Positions 1 to 8,960 are shown, numbered from the stretch's first letter. The stretch: DNA of 24,966 nucleotides from Clostridia bacterium (GCA_045586685.1 JAZNAU010000023.1:1-24966); one strand, 5' to 3'. The notes: generated from the sequence alone by a model not told the origin. Program-made: numbers and translations.

Positions 1-67
1 CACTTTTTTTCATTTTTTGCAAAACTTTTTTTAGCGTTATTCTCTTTCTTTCAAAAGATGCTCAATT

Positions 68-96
68 ATAATATCATATTCTTATTCTTCTGTCAA
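68..96 (-). promoter_or_regulatory. sigmaA-type promoter firing towards a gene beyond the left edge
   Basis: Minus strand TTGACA (96-91), 17-nt spacer, TGa-TATTAT (73-68). Confidence 0.6.
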
Positions 97-136
97 GAGA
101 ATTTTTTTGATAAGATAAAATATTGGCGCACAACTC

Positions 137-168
137 AAAAAGGTATATCAAAATTGACATACCTTTTT
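137..168 (-). terminator. Intrinsic terminator after the C1A peptidase
   Basis: Inverted repeat AAAAAGGTATATCAA / TTGACATACCTTTTT just past the stop at 174; the single mismatch is a G-U pair on the minus strand; 5-U tail. Confidence 0.75.
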
Positions 169-173
169 CAAGT

Positions 174-2069
174 TTATTCAGATTCTTCAATTTCTTTTTC
201 TAATTCTTGCGGTGCAAGTAAAGGGCAAAAAGTATTTGCATCCCATAAAAATTGTTTCACCTGATAGTCTCCAGTTTGGGGAATGGTAAGAGAATCTGTT
301 ACCAAATGAACACTTTTTCCCGGTTTTGTAAGTTTTGGTTCGGAGCTTACAACAGAAATTAATTTGTCTCCCTGATAGATTCCAAAATACATTTTCGCAT
401 TTACATTTGACTGTGTATTATTATAATAGAAAGAATCTGCTTTGATTTCATCTCCATTACTCCAACCATTCAATTTTGTTCCGTCAGAATCCACAAAACC
501 CACTTCTGTTTCCACAGGCAAATCAATGGTATATGCTTTTAACATAACATTGGTATTAGGAACAACATCTCTTGCTACATCCGCCCAAGAAGAAGAGTTG
601 TAGGACATATAGCTTTCACCTGCATTGGCTTTGCAGTTGTAATTGGTAATGGCACCCGAGGTCATGGGCATTTCTAATGGAATCATGGTTTGATTCTCTA
701 CACTGCTTTCCACATACACCGCCACCACAAATTTTTCTCCGTGTAACGGAATTGCCTGAGTTAGGTCAATGGTATGATATCCGCTCATTTCAAAAGTTTC
801 GGTGGCCACTTCCTCCATTCGGTCGAAATTTTTCAAGGTACCGTCTTCGGCATTAACATATACGGTACATGTAGTATCCGGAGCGGTAATATACACGCTG
901 ACCGCTTTTAAGGCTTCCACATCACTTTCTGCTGTAAATACATTGGCAAAACTTGCTTTTGAAATATACTCGTTCGTTTGCTTATTTTGATAACCGATAG
1001 CTCCGGTTATGCAGAACGGATCATATTGATAAATATGGTCAAAATTATCCACGGAATCGACCCGATCAATCACACCTGCTTCCCAGCCTGCATACGCATC
1101 CTCGTATGACAAATAAAAATAACCGTCTTCACCAAATTCTTCACCCCAGCTGTTTTTAATGATAAAAGCACCATCATTTTGGGGCTGTGTATTAAAATTT
1201 TCTTTGCTGTATGTATCATCCCAACCAACAATACTCAAAGCATGATTGGCACGAGAATACATGGTATTATTATTAAAATTTTTCTCCCGATAATAATACC
1301 CATTAGTATCGGTATTTAAGTATGAGTAATGATAATAAATACTCGTAAAAACAGAGCTGTATTTCATTACATATTGTTTTACTAAATTCACATGGGCAGC
1401 TCTTTGCTCATCTGTTACATCTTCTACATTCGAACTGGGATTTGGCAACACCTGATATCCTTGCACATGGAATTTTTCATCAAAGCTGTTGGTCACAGAA
1501 ACCGCACGACTTTCCGTGCTTAAATCATAAGGGTCATCCGATTCCAATACAGGTCCGCTCCAGCGCATCAGATAAGCGCCATACATATTAAAATTCCCAC
1601 CATCTTCGGGATGTCTGTCATAACCCCATTCATTGTGGTTATCGGAGCTTAAGGCAAAGCGAACGTGTTGTTCGGAAAAATTAAATTCTTGTTCCGGCAT
1701 CAAGGCTGCTTCCAAACTGGAATTTCCTGCAAACGCCCAGCAAACCCCATCTTTCCCTTGATTTCCAACTCCCGTAATTTTCCCTTCATTTCTGGCATCG
1801 TACTTCTGGGGTAATGTATTATCAACATTTCCCAGTGCATACAGAGAATTTACTTCGATAAAGGGAGAAGGCACATAAGAATTATTGACAACCGTTTCTT
1901 CCTCATCTAACGTCAACAGCATAGGGGTTTGTTGCTCTGCCAGATATTTTTCATATTCCGGATTTGTTTCCGAAAAAACAAGTTCATACTCCTCTTCCGC
2001 ACCCGCACTCATCCCCGTTGTAATAATAGAAAGAACAATCACAAACAAAATCAATTTCCACTTTTTCAT
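174..2069 (-). CDS. Secreted C1A (papain-like) cysteine peptidase with lectin-like domain and a C-terminal beta-rich domain
   Basis: Catalytic motifs NQGKDGVCWAF (Gln, Cys), NHALSIVGWDD (His) and IKNSWG (Asn); IYQYD start of the lectin-like domain; signal peptide MKKWKLILFVIVLSIITTGMSAGA. Start moved to ATG 2069, which overlaps the upstream TGA (ATGA) and has AAGGA upstream. Confidence 0.9.
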   Translation of the reverse strand: MKKWKLILFVIVLSIITTGMSAGAEEEYELVFSETNPEYEKYLAEQQTPMLLTLDEEETVVNNSYVPSPFIEVNSLYALGNVDNTLPQKYDARNEGKITGVGNQGKDGVCWAFAGNSSLEAALMPEQEFNFSEQHVRFALSSDNHNEWGYDRHPEDGGNFNMYGAYLMRWSGPVLESDDPYDLSTESRAVSVTNSFDEKFHVQGYQVLPNPSSNVEDVTDEQRAAHVNLVKQYVMKYSSVFTSIYYHYSYLNTDTNGYYYREKNFNNNTMYSRANHALSIVGWDDTYSKENFNTQPQNDGAFIIKNSWGEEFGEDGYFYLSYEDAYAGWEAGVIDRVDSVDNFDHIYQYDPFCITGAIGYQNKQTNEYISKASFANVFTAESDVEALKAVSVYITAPDTTCTVYVNAEDGTLKNFDRMEEVATETFEMSGYHTIDLTQAIPLHGEKFVVAVYVESSVENQTMIPLEMPMTSGAITNYNCKANAGESYMSYNSSSWADVARDVVPNTNVMLKAYTIDLPVETEVGFVDSDGTKLNGWSNGDEIKADSFYYNNTQSNVNAKMYFGIYQGDKLISVVSSEPKLTKPGKSVHLVTDSLTIPQTGDYQVKQFLWDANTFCPLLAPQELEKEIEESE

Positions 2070-3277
2070 GGAGACACTTCCTTTACATTTGTATTTTTTG
2101 TAACAGCTCTCAAGCCTGCCGTCAAAGACCAATCGCTATGAGTTACACTTAAAATATGTTGACCGTATGAAACTGAAGAATCATAGTAAATTCGTTTTTC
2201 TATGCTGTCTTCTTCTGCTATTTGTTGCAAAAGTTTGGCATCTTGCCGTCCTGCATTTTGATAATCTGTTAATTCCCCTGTACTTCCCACGCAAAACAAA
2301 AATGTCAAGGGAATCCATACCCATTTTTTCGGGGGTATCAATAAGGATAATCCGACAAAGGAAAGATATACCATACGAAACGAAAGTCCCTGATGAGAGA
2401 ACAAAAAGGGCAAATAAGAAACAACAAATAAAATAATACCTATTGTTCGAGTTCCTTTTTTGTTCTTTTCTTCATTCCTAAAACAGAGCAAAAGAAAAAC
2501 CAATAACACCAGAGCAACAATCAGCCAAATATTGAGATAGGAAAATCCTCTTCGGATGCTTTGGGGAATCAGTCGAAACAAGCTGACCTTCCAAATTTCA
2601 AAAACTTGAACAAAAAACGACCCGTTCAATCCCTTTCCCATTCTCGGGGTTGTACTCCATCGTTGAAAAAACAAAGTATAAGTCCCCATAATACCGGATA
2701 ATGCAACAGGAATCCAGACTCGGCTTTTCTTTCGTTTCCAAATATCGTAGATTGACAATACCAATCCAATCAGCCACAACTGTTCGTAGCAACCAAAGGA
2801 AAGAAGCAAAAAGAAGGAAAATCGACCCCACCTATTACGAATCAGATACCACAGTGCCAGACTCATAAAAAATAAGCCTACAATGATCCGACTTGAAGCA
2901 GAGAGCCACCCCGTTGCCTCCACACCTATAGGACATAAAAGCAATAAAACGCAAAGAACTTCCTTCGCCCAGCCCTGTTCTTCAAAAAAACGACTTAAAA
3001 AAATGACAGATAAAAGCCGCAACACTGTAAAGAATAAGAACAGAATAAACAGATTTTCAGAAAATTTTGCCCACAAAAACACATCCAGTAAATTTGCTAT
3101 TGGTCGTGAAGTCCACACCCTGACTGTTTGAAATAAGTAAGAAACTGAATACAGAGGATATCCCTGATACATAATGTAATCATCCAGCACAGGAAAATAG
3201 TTCCCCTTCATCATAACTGCAGGAAATAATGTAATCAAACCAAAAATCAGCCAAAATTCAATGTTTTTTTGTTTCAT
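2066..3277 (-). CDS. Multi-pass membrane protein, GT-C-like (GtrII-type glucosyltransferase-like)
   Basis: 403 aa with about 10 hydrophobic segments; LDDY after the first TM helix, an RP motif and a YEQ motif typical of polyprenyl-phosphate-sugar-dependent GT-C enzymes; divergent from a GtrB-like GT2. Confidence 0.6.
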   Translation of the reverse strand: MKQKNIEFWLIFGLITLFPAVMMKGNYFPVLDDYIMYQGYPLYSVSYLFQTVRVWTSRPIANLLDVFLWAKFSENLFILFLFFTVLRLLSVIFLSRFFEEQGWAKEVLCVLLLLCPIGVEATGWLSASSRIIVGLFFMSLALWYLIRNRWGRFSFFLLLSFGCYEQLWLIGLVLSIYDIWKRKKSRVWIPVALSGIMGTYTLFFQRWSTTPRMGKGLNGSFFVQVFEIWKVSLFRLIPQSIRRGFSYLNIWLIVALVLLVFLLLCFRNEEKNKKGTRTIGIILFVVSYLPFLFSHQGLSFRMVYLSFVGLSLLIPPKKWVWIPLTFLFCVGSTGELTDYQNAGRQDAKLLQQIAEEDSIEKRIYYDSSVSYGQHILSVTHSDWSLTAGLRAVTKNTNVKEVSP

Positions 3278-3301
3278 AGCAATCCATTTATTTACCGTTT
3301 T

Positions 3302-3330
3302 ATTTTATCATATTTCATTATTACTGTCAA
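3302..3330 (-). promoter_or_regulatory. sigmaA-type promoter for the GT-C/peptidase operon
   Basis: TTGACA (3330-3325), 17 nt, TGa-TAAAAT (3307-3302). Confidence 0.75.
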
Positions 3331-3372
3331 CCACTTTATTATATGCTCTACAGCAAATTTTATTAAAAAGAA

Positions 3373-3401
3373 TTGTATTTTTAAACAATTTATGGTATAA
3401 T
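3373..3401 (+). promoter_or_regulatory. sigmaA-type promoter for the GT2 gene
   Basis: TTGTAT (3373-3378), 17 nt, TGg-TATAAT (3396-3401). Confidence 0.75.
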
Positions 3402-3426
3402 GAAAAAAAGTGTTAGGAGGGATAGT

Positions 3427-4368
3427 ATGAAGGAAACACTAACCATTGTTGTTCCCTGTTATAATGAAGAAGAAGTATTGCCGGAAACCGCTTTAAGATT
3501 AACTGAACTGATCGAAAGAATGATTCGGGAGGAATCTGTTTCAAACAAAAGCAATATTTTATTTGTAGATGACGGCAGTAAAGACAAAACATGGATGCTG
3601 ATTGAACAACTTTCTAAAGAAAACTCCATGATTCACGGATTAAAGCTTGCCCGCAATGCAGGTCATCAGAATGCTTTGATGGCAGGGCTTACCGTTGCAG
3701 TAGAAACTGCCGATTTGCTGGTTTCCATTGATGCAGATTTACAGGACGACTGCAACTGTATCCGTTCTTTTGTAGAAGAATATCACAAGGGCTATGATGT
3801 GGTTTACGGTGTTCGTTCCAACCGTGATTCCGATACATTCTTCAAACGAAATACTGCTCTTGGTTTTTATAAGCTGATGCAGTCCTTAGGCGTAGATATG
3901 GTATACAATCATGCAGATTTCAGATTGATGAGCAAACGTGCAGTACAAGCTCTTTGTCAGTTTGATGAAGTCAATCTGTTCCTTCGCGGATTGGTTCCAT
4001 TGGTAGGATTTTCTTCTACTCAAGTGTCTTACGTTCGTGCAGAACGATTTGCAGGGACATCGAAATATCCCTTTAAAAAAATGCTGAAATTTGCGTTGGA
4101 AGGAATTACTTCATTTTCAGTAAAACCCTTACGATTGATTACCTCGCTGGGTTGCACTATTTCTGTCATTAGTATTTTCGCAGGCTTCTATGCCCTGATT
4201 TCAAAGTTGATGGGCGCAACGGTGCAAGGCTGGACCTCGTTAATATTGTCCATCTGGTTCTTAGGCGGACTGCAGTTAATCGGAATGGGAATTTTGGGTG
4301 AGTACATAGGAAAACTGTATCAGGAAGTAAAGCATCGTCCTAAATTCATTATTGAAAAAAAATTATAA
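3427..4368 (+). CDS. GT2 glycosyltransferase, GtrB/YkoT/CsbB-like (undecaprenyl-phosphate glycosyltransferase)
   Basis: IVVPCYNEE, VDDGSKD, RNAGHQNAL, IDADLQD and DFRLMS motifs, two C-terminal TM helices and GEYIGKLYQEVKHRP; AGGAGG 6 nt before ATG 3427. Confidence 0.92.
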   Translation: MKETLTIVVPCYNEEEVLPETALRLTELIERMIREESVSNKSNILFVDDGSKDKTWMLIEQLSKENSMIHGLKLARNAGHQNALMAGLTVAVETADLLVSIDADLQDDCNCIRSFVEEYHKGYDVVYGVRSNRDSDTFFKRNTALGFYKLMQSLGVDMVYNHADFRLMSKRAVQALCQFDEVNLFLRGLVPLVGFSSTQVSYVRAERFAGTSKYPFKKMLKFALEGITSFSVKPLRLITSLGCTISVISIFAGFYALISKLMGATVQGWTSLILSIWFLGGLQLIGMGILGEYIGKLYQEVKHRPKFIIEKKL

Positions 4369-4417
4369 CTTAAAATATCCCCTGTATATGGACTGAACCA
4401 TTTTGTGCAGACAATAC

Positions 4418-4459
4418 AAAAAGAGCTGTAGCAAAAAGATTTTGCTGCAGCTCCTTTTT
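4418..4459. terminator. Bidirectional intrinsic terminator
   Basis: AAAAAGAGCTGTAGCAAAA-aga-TTTTGCTGCAGCTCCTTTTT between convergent genes. Confidence 0.8.
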
Positions 4460-4460
4460 G

Positions 4461-4622
4461 TTAATGCATCATCTGGTCCATTGCATTTCCGGCTTTTTGC
4501 ACCGCTTTTGTGGCACGGCATTTCATTCGTTTGATATCGCCACGATCAAGAGGCTGTAATACTGCTGCTGCACCGGCACCGAGAATCATTCCTGCCAACA
4601 TTCCTTTTGCAAAACCTTCCAT
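4461..4622 (-). CDS. 53-aa small protein, YtxH-like (N-terminal Gly/Ala membrane anchor plus basic helix); below the ORF-track cutoff
   Basis: Translated by hand as MEGFAKGMLAGMILGAGAAAVLQPLDRGDIKRMKCRATKAVQKAGNAMDQMMH*; AAGGAGG 8 nt upstream; terminator immediately downstream. Confidence 0.8.
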   Translation of the reverse strand: MEGFAKGMLAGMILGAGAAAVLQPLDRGDIKRMKCRATKAVQKAGNAMDQMMH

Positions 4623-4681
4623 TTTTCATTCCTCCTTTTCAAGGTTAGTATCACCCAAAACAATCCATGCATACAGGAAAA

Positions 4682-5377
4682 TTATTTCGTTAAATCCAAA
4701 GTTTCCAAATTTTGAGAACGGTCAAGAAATGCTTTTGGAACTTCCCCGGCAATGATAGTCTGTGCAAGCAAAACAGGCACCTCTAAATTGACATCCAAGG
4801 TTTTCCCTGGGAAAAATACATTCATATTTACCAGTACCACCATATTGATTTCATGCTTGGTTTGATTCACACCCGCAGAGGTAAACAGACTTTGAAAATT
4901 GATATCCACACTGCCGTAAGGCACAATTCTTACCGGAATATCAGGTCCCATCCCTGAAAAGAACGGATTTCCAGAAAAGCTTCCCACAGGAATTTTTACA
5001 TACGATTCCCTCAACAAGTCCATTTTTTGCAAAATGCTTTCAATTAAAGAGGTGCGAATCTGATTGAGCATACTGCCGTTTGCTGTTAACGATTTTGTTT
5101 GCCCGTCTGCCCCAATCCGTCCTGTAATCAGCATATCGTAATCCACCGCACCGATCAGGGCATTTTCCATAATAGAATGTTCCGTCATTTCCGTTCCTAA
5201 ATCGCGGATTTTATTTTCTGCCATATCATAAAACATAGGTAACGTCTTTTTCTGCACATAGCAAAGCAGATACACACTGCAAACCAGACAGAGGCAAATT
5301 TTCAGCCATCGGGAATAGCCACATCGGCGGACATGATAGGTTGCATGGCTTTTCCATCTTCGATATCCCACACCCAA
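4682..5377 (-). CDS. yunB: Sporulation protein YunB
   Basis: N-terminal TM; IPVGSFSG...GMGPDIPVRIVPYG, F.SAGVNQTKHEI and TIIAGEVP motifs; TTG start with GGAGGGA RBS. Confidence 0.88.
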   Translation of the reverse strand: MGVGYRRWKSHATYHVRRCGYSRWLKICLCLVCSVYLLCYVQKKTLPMFYDMAENKIRDLGTEMTEHSIMENALIGAVDYDMLITGRIGADGQTKSLTANGSMLNQIRTSLIESILQKMDLLRESYVKIPVGSFSGNPFFSGMGPDIPVRIVPYGSVDINFQSLFTSAGVNQTKHEINMVVLVNMNVFFPGKTLDVNLEVPVLLAQTIIAGEVPKAFLDRSQNLETLDLTK

Positions 5378-5422
5378 AAAAATCCCTCCTTCCTCTCAGT
5401 GTACGAGAGATACAGAGGGATT
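5376..5422 (-). terminator. ppx terminator hairpin overlapping the yunB RBS and start
   Basis: AATCCCTC/GAGGGATT outer stem and CTCTC/GAGAG inner stem, followed by a 7-U run on the minus strand. Confidence 0.55.
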
Positions 5423-5427
5423 ATGCA

Positions 5428-6354
5428 CTATTCTTTTGTTTCTTCTTCCAGCTTTTCATAGCAAAGTCCTTCTCTTAACCCATAAGCACTGGCCACCAGA
5501 CAAGGAGAAGAAATTTTTTTCATCAAGATATCCAAAGGTAAAATTCCGGCGGTAATAATATCTGCACGAAGAGGATCCATCCCCGCAATCAATTTTCTTT
5601 GCTGATGATTCATACGCAGAATTTCTTCCCGAAAATTTTCCACATCCCCTCTCATCATTCTGTAATGATGCAAGGGGCGGTTATGATTCATCTTTTTCTG
5701 ATGAATTTTAATCATGGTTCGGATCGATCCGCCCAAACCAACAACCGGAAGCCCTTCTCCTTCGGACAGCCACTCCAGTTCGTCCAGTTTCTTCCGAATC
5801 AGTAAGCCCGTTTTTTCAAATTCCTCACGGTTCATGGATTCTTGAGAAGAAAACTGCTCTGTCAATGTAATACTGCCATAGGGAATACAGGCAAAACCCT
5901 TCATTTCCCGATTTTTCACCAGCACCAATTCACTGCTGCCTCCACCTGTATCCAGCAACACAAAATCACGGAGGTTCATGGAACGGACAACCCCAAGATA
6001 ATCGTAATACGCCTCTTTTTCCCCCTCAATCACCGTAAAGGAAAAGCCTGTCTCCTCCCTTGCCCGATCAATAAACACATCACGGTTTTCCGCTCGGCGA
6101 AGTGCCTCGGTCGCCACTGCAAATTCACTGACGAGAGGATATCCGTCAGCCACCTTCCTAAGTTCCTTCAGTACGTTTACCGTCCGTTCAATCGCCACCG
6201 GCTGAAGCAGATTTCCCTCTGCCAAGCCCTCGCTGAGACGGCAAAATTTTTTCATCCGTTTTGCCACACGGAACAACCCATTCTTTCGTACCTGAATCAC
6301 ATCCATCCGAACGGAGTTGGACCCCAAATCCACAATCAGAAAATACCGTTCCAT
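5428..6354 (-). CDS. ppx: Ppx/GppA family exopolyphosphatase (short form, no HD domain)
   Basis: VDLGSNSVRM, RLSEGL, VATEALRRAEN, GEKEAYY, DTGGGSSEL, RADII and GLREG motifs. Confidence 0.92.
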   Translation of the reverse strand: MERYFLIVDLGSNSVRMDVIQVRKNGLFRVAKRMKKFCRLSEGLAEGNLLQPVAIERTVNVLKELRKVADGYPLVSEFAVATEALRRAENRDVFIDRAREETGFSFTVIEGEKEAYYDYLGVVRSMNLRDFVLLDTGGGSSELVLVKNREMKGFACIPYGSITLTEQFSSQESMNREEFEKTGLLIRKKLDELEWLSEGEGLPVVGLGGSIRTMIKIHQKKMNHNRPLHHYRMMRGDVENFREEILRMNHQQRKLIAGMDPLRADIITAGILPLDILMKKISSPCLVASAYGLREGLCYEKLEEETKE

Positions 6355-6389
6355 AAATATTTCCTCTTTTCTTTTTACTAACTAATTCC

Positions 6390-6418
6390 ATTATATCATA
6401 AAACCGTGCATTTTTCAA
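6390..6418 (-). promoter_or_regulatory. sigmaA-type promoter of ppx
   Basis: TTGAAA (6418-6413), 17 nt, TGa-TATAAT (6395-6390). Confidence 0.75.
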
Positions 6419-6440
6419 GAATTTATTTCTGCATTATAAA

Positions 6441-6466
6441 ATATGTCCCCTTTACAGGGGGCATAT
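6441..6466 (-). terminator. Terminator ending the aminotransferase-dehydrogenase transcript
   Basis: ATATGTCCCCT-ttac-AGGGGGCATAT hairpin followed by U residues on the minus strand. Confidence 0.65.
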
Positions 6467-6564
6467 ATCTTAATTAAATTGTCAGCGTTTTACGCTTTTT
6501 ATCATTGGCCTGGGCAAGCCACACCTCTGTTTTCAGAAGCATATGTTTTGAAACTCACCATCGC

Positions 6565-7614
6565 TTATTTGACGGTAATAAACTTCTTTTCTGCGGTAGA
6601 GAGATATGCCGCCTCAATAACCTTCTGATCAAAAATTGCACTCTCGATAGAAACAGGTACATCTGTATCATTTATGATAGCATCGCATAAACCATCAACC
6701 TCTTTTGTGTACATATTTCCAAGAAGTGTACCCTCTAGAGATGTAGCAGCAAGTTCGCCTCTAGCCTGACCTGCATCGTAGCCGAGCTTATCATCACTAA
6801 TTAAGATATCAACACTACCCACCTCATCCTGGGCAAGTGTACCCTTTGCAACGATACTTCCCTTTGTACCATAGATTTCCAGCTTTGCAACAGATGCAGC
6901 ATCGGGTATGTTAAAGTTCGAATCAACATATGCAACAGAACCATTATCCATCTTCATAATCAGATTTGACGAATCATCTACTTCGTATCCAAAGGTTTGT
7001 GTCTGATTAAATGCTGCAACCTCTACCGTCTTAAGACCTGTAATATAATGCAAAAGGTCGATGACGTGAATACCCATATCTACAAGCGCACCGCCTCCGG
7101 ATAATTCCTTTTTCTGACGCCAAGCACCTTCAATATCGGGATACCAGCAAGTAAACTGTCCACGCATGGAAACGATTTCTCCAATTTTTCCTTCTGATAT
7201 AATTTCCTTTATTTTCTGATGATATTCGTGAAATCTCATAAGAAAACCGATACTGATTTTCACATTATTTTCTTCGCACGCCTTTTTGATTTCTTCTGCA
7301 TCTTCAACTGTGAGTGCAACGGGCTTTTCAAGCAAAATGTTCTTCTTTGCATTTGCAGCCTTAATTGCCTGTTCCTTGTGGAAAAAAACAGGTGAAGCTA
7401 TGTAAACTGCTTCTATTTCAGGCAAAGCAAGAACATCCTCGAAATTTGAAAAAGCATATTTTGCGCCATATTTTTCTTTACAGCCTTGAGCTACTTCTTC
7501 ATTTGTGTCCATAACGGCTACAATTTCAACCTTATCGGAAAGCACCATTCCAGGAAGTGTTCTGCGATCTGCAATACCGCCGCAACCAATTATACCCCAT
7601 TTGATTTTCATCAA
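6565..7614 (-). CDS. Gfo/Idh/MocA family NAD(P)-dependent oxidoreductase
   Basis: GIIGCGGIA Rossmann motif, LLEKP, WR...SGGGALVDMGIHVID. Confidence 0.93.
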   Translation of the reverse strand: MMKIKWGIIGCGGIADRRTLPGMVLSDKVEIVAVMDTNEEVAQGCKEKYGAKYAFSNFEDVLALPEIEAVYIASPVFFHKEQAIKAANAKKNILLEKPVALTVEDAEEIKKACEENNVKISIGFLMRFHEYHQKIKEIISEGKIGEIVSMRGQFTCWYPDIEGAWRQKKELSGGGALVDMGIHVIDLLHYITGLKTVEVAAFNQTQTFGYEVDDSSNLIMKMDNGSVAYVDSNFNIPDAASVAKLEIYGTKGSIVAKGTLAQDEVGSVDILISDDKLGYDAGQARGELAATSLEGTLLGNMYTKEVDGLCDAIINDTDVPVSIESAIFDQKVIEAAYLSTAEKKFITVK

Positions 7615-7632
7615 AATCTTCCTCTCTATAAA

Positions 7633-8907
7633 TTATTTAAGATGCTTTTGGATGATTGCCTTGAAACCTTCAATACATTTTTCAATATGGATAGGTTCCC
7701 ATGACGGATGCAAGAACAAACATACAGTTTGAGCTCTTAATGCATTTGCATTCTTACAGAATACTTTGTCGTATTCAACAGAAGCAGGATTGGTATATTC
7801 GGTAGACTTAAATGGGAATTGAGATTCACCAAATCCACCATGCTCGGTGTATGCCTTTTCTTCATATGCTTCAGGCCACTGGATACCGTAGCACGGAATC
7901 TTGGAAGCACCAAGTTCTTTTACGATTTGAGGAGCATCACAATCCAAAACATCAAGATCTACCAGGATCGGATACCACCAATAAGAATTCTTTCTTTCTT
8001 CTGTGTTAACGGGAAGCTTTTTAATACCCTTCATGCCGGTAAATGCATCATCATACATTTTAGCATAATCTCTTCTTCTCTTCAGGTTCCAGCTATCAAA
8101 ACGTTCTAATTCATTGATACCGATTACAGACTGCATTTCTGTCATTCTGTAGTTAAAGCCAACTCTTCTGTGAATGTAAGGCAGTTTTTCCTCAAGAGCA
8201 AGCATATTCATTCTTGTCTTTACATCGTAACCATGGTCTCTGAAAGAACGGCATTCCCAACCAACTTCTTCATCGTTTGTTACTACCATACCGCCTTCGC
8301 CACCTGTTGTAAAGTGCTTTGACTGACAGAAGGAGAAACAACCAACATCACCGATAAGACCTGCTTTAACACCCTTGAATTCACCGCCAAAGCATTGTGC
8401 ACAGTCTTCAACAACCTTAAGGTTATGCTTTTTAGCAACCTTCATAATACCTTCCATGTCTGCTACAACACCATAGAGATGAACAACTAAAATTGCCTTT
8501 GTTTTCTCGGTAATAAGGGATTCGATGCTTGCAGGATCAAGTGTATGATCATCTGTTACATCTGCAAATACGGGAATAGCACCTGCCTGAAGTACAGCAA
8601 ATGAAGATGCAATAAAAGAATATGAAGTAACAATAACTTCATCGCCAGGGCCAATGTTAAGACTTGCCAGTGCAATATGAAGTGCAGCAGTACCATTTGT
8701 GCAGGAAATTGCCATTTTAGCACCCATCCATTTTGCCCACTTTTCTTCAAATTCCATACCCTTTTTACCGGTCCAGTAGTTTACTTTACCTGTTTTCAGA
8801 GTTTCCAGAACTTCATCATAGGACTTTTCGTTAAACTGCGGCCACATAGGAAATCCTATTTCCTCAATACCTGCTCCATTCATAACAATTTCTTTTTCTT
8901 TTGACAT
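7633..8907 (-). CDS. DegT/DnrJ/EryC1/StrS family PLP-dependent sugar/cyclitol aminotransferase
   Basis: NGTAALHIAL, GPGDEVI, VHLYG, EDCAQ, FSFCQSKHFTTGGEGG (PLP Lys), GFNYRMTEMQ; start moved to ATG 8907 after AAGGGTG. Confidence 0.93.
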   Translation of the reverse strand: MSKEKEIVMNGAGIEEIGFPMWPQFNEKSYDEVLETLKTGKVNYWTGKKGMEFEEKWAKWMGAKMAISCTNGTAALHIALASLNIGPGDEVIVTSYSFIASSFAVLQAGAIPVFADVTDDHTLDPASIESLITEKTKAILVVHLYGVVADMEGIMKVAKKHNLKVVEDCAQCFGGEFKGVKAGLIGDVGCFSFCQSKHFTTGGEGGMVVTNDEEVGWECRSFRDHGYDVKTRMNMLALEEKLPYIHRRVGFNYRMTEMQSVIGINELERFDSWNLKRRRDYAKMYDDAFTGMKGIKKLPVNTEERKNSYWWYPILVDLDVLDCDAPQIVKELGASKIPCYGIQWPEAYEEKAYTEHGGFGESQFPFKSTEYTNPASVEYDKVFCKNANALRAQTVCLFLHPSWEPIHIEKCIEGFKAIIQKHLK

Positions 8908-8928
8908 ATAAATATCACCCTTTCTTTT

Positions 8929-8953
8929 TAATTGTCCAGTCATTGGACTAATT
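8929..8953. promoter_or_regulatory. Palindromic operator, candidate ROK-repressor site
   Basis: TAATT-GTCCA-gtcat-TGGAC-TAATT just upstream of the aminotransferase RBS; same core as 11568-11592. Confidence 0.7.
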
Positions 8954-8960
8954 TATGCTT

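Noticed and set aside
1-13. Possible minus-strand gene start ATG AAA AAA AGT at 13
   Set aside because: Only four codons are visible and there is no clear RBS.
2070-2132. N-terminal extension of the peptidase in the ORF track
   Set aside because: Overlaps the upstream gene; the signal peptide and RBS point to ATG 2069.
4510-4755. 81-aa plus-strand ORF
   Set aside because: Shadow of the minus-strand 53-aa ORF and yunB; no RBS.
5842-6381. 179-aa plus-strand ORF
   Set aside because: Antisense shadow of ppx; no motifs.
6502-6561. 19-codon minus-strand ORF after the dehydrogenase
   Set aside because: No RBS, too short, no recognisable features.
6420-6564. Search for an att direct repeat of the tRNA-Ser 3' end
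   Set aside because: None found by eye; the 9-nt GAGAGATTC match at 11793-11801 is too short to call.
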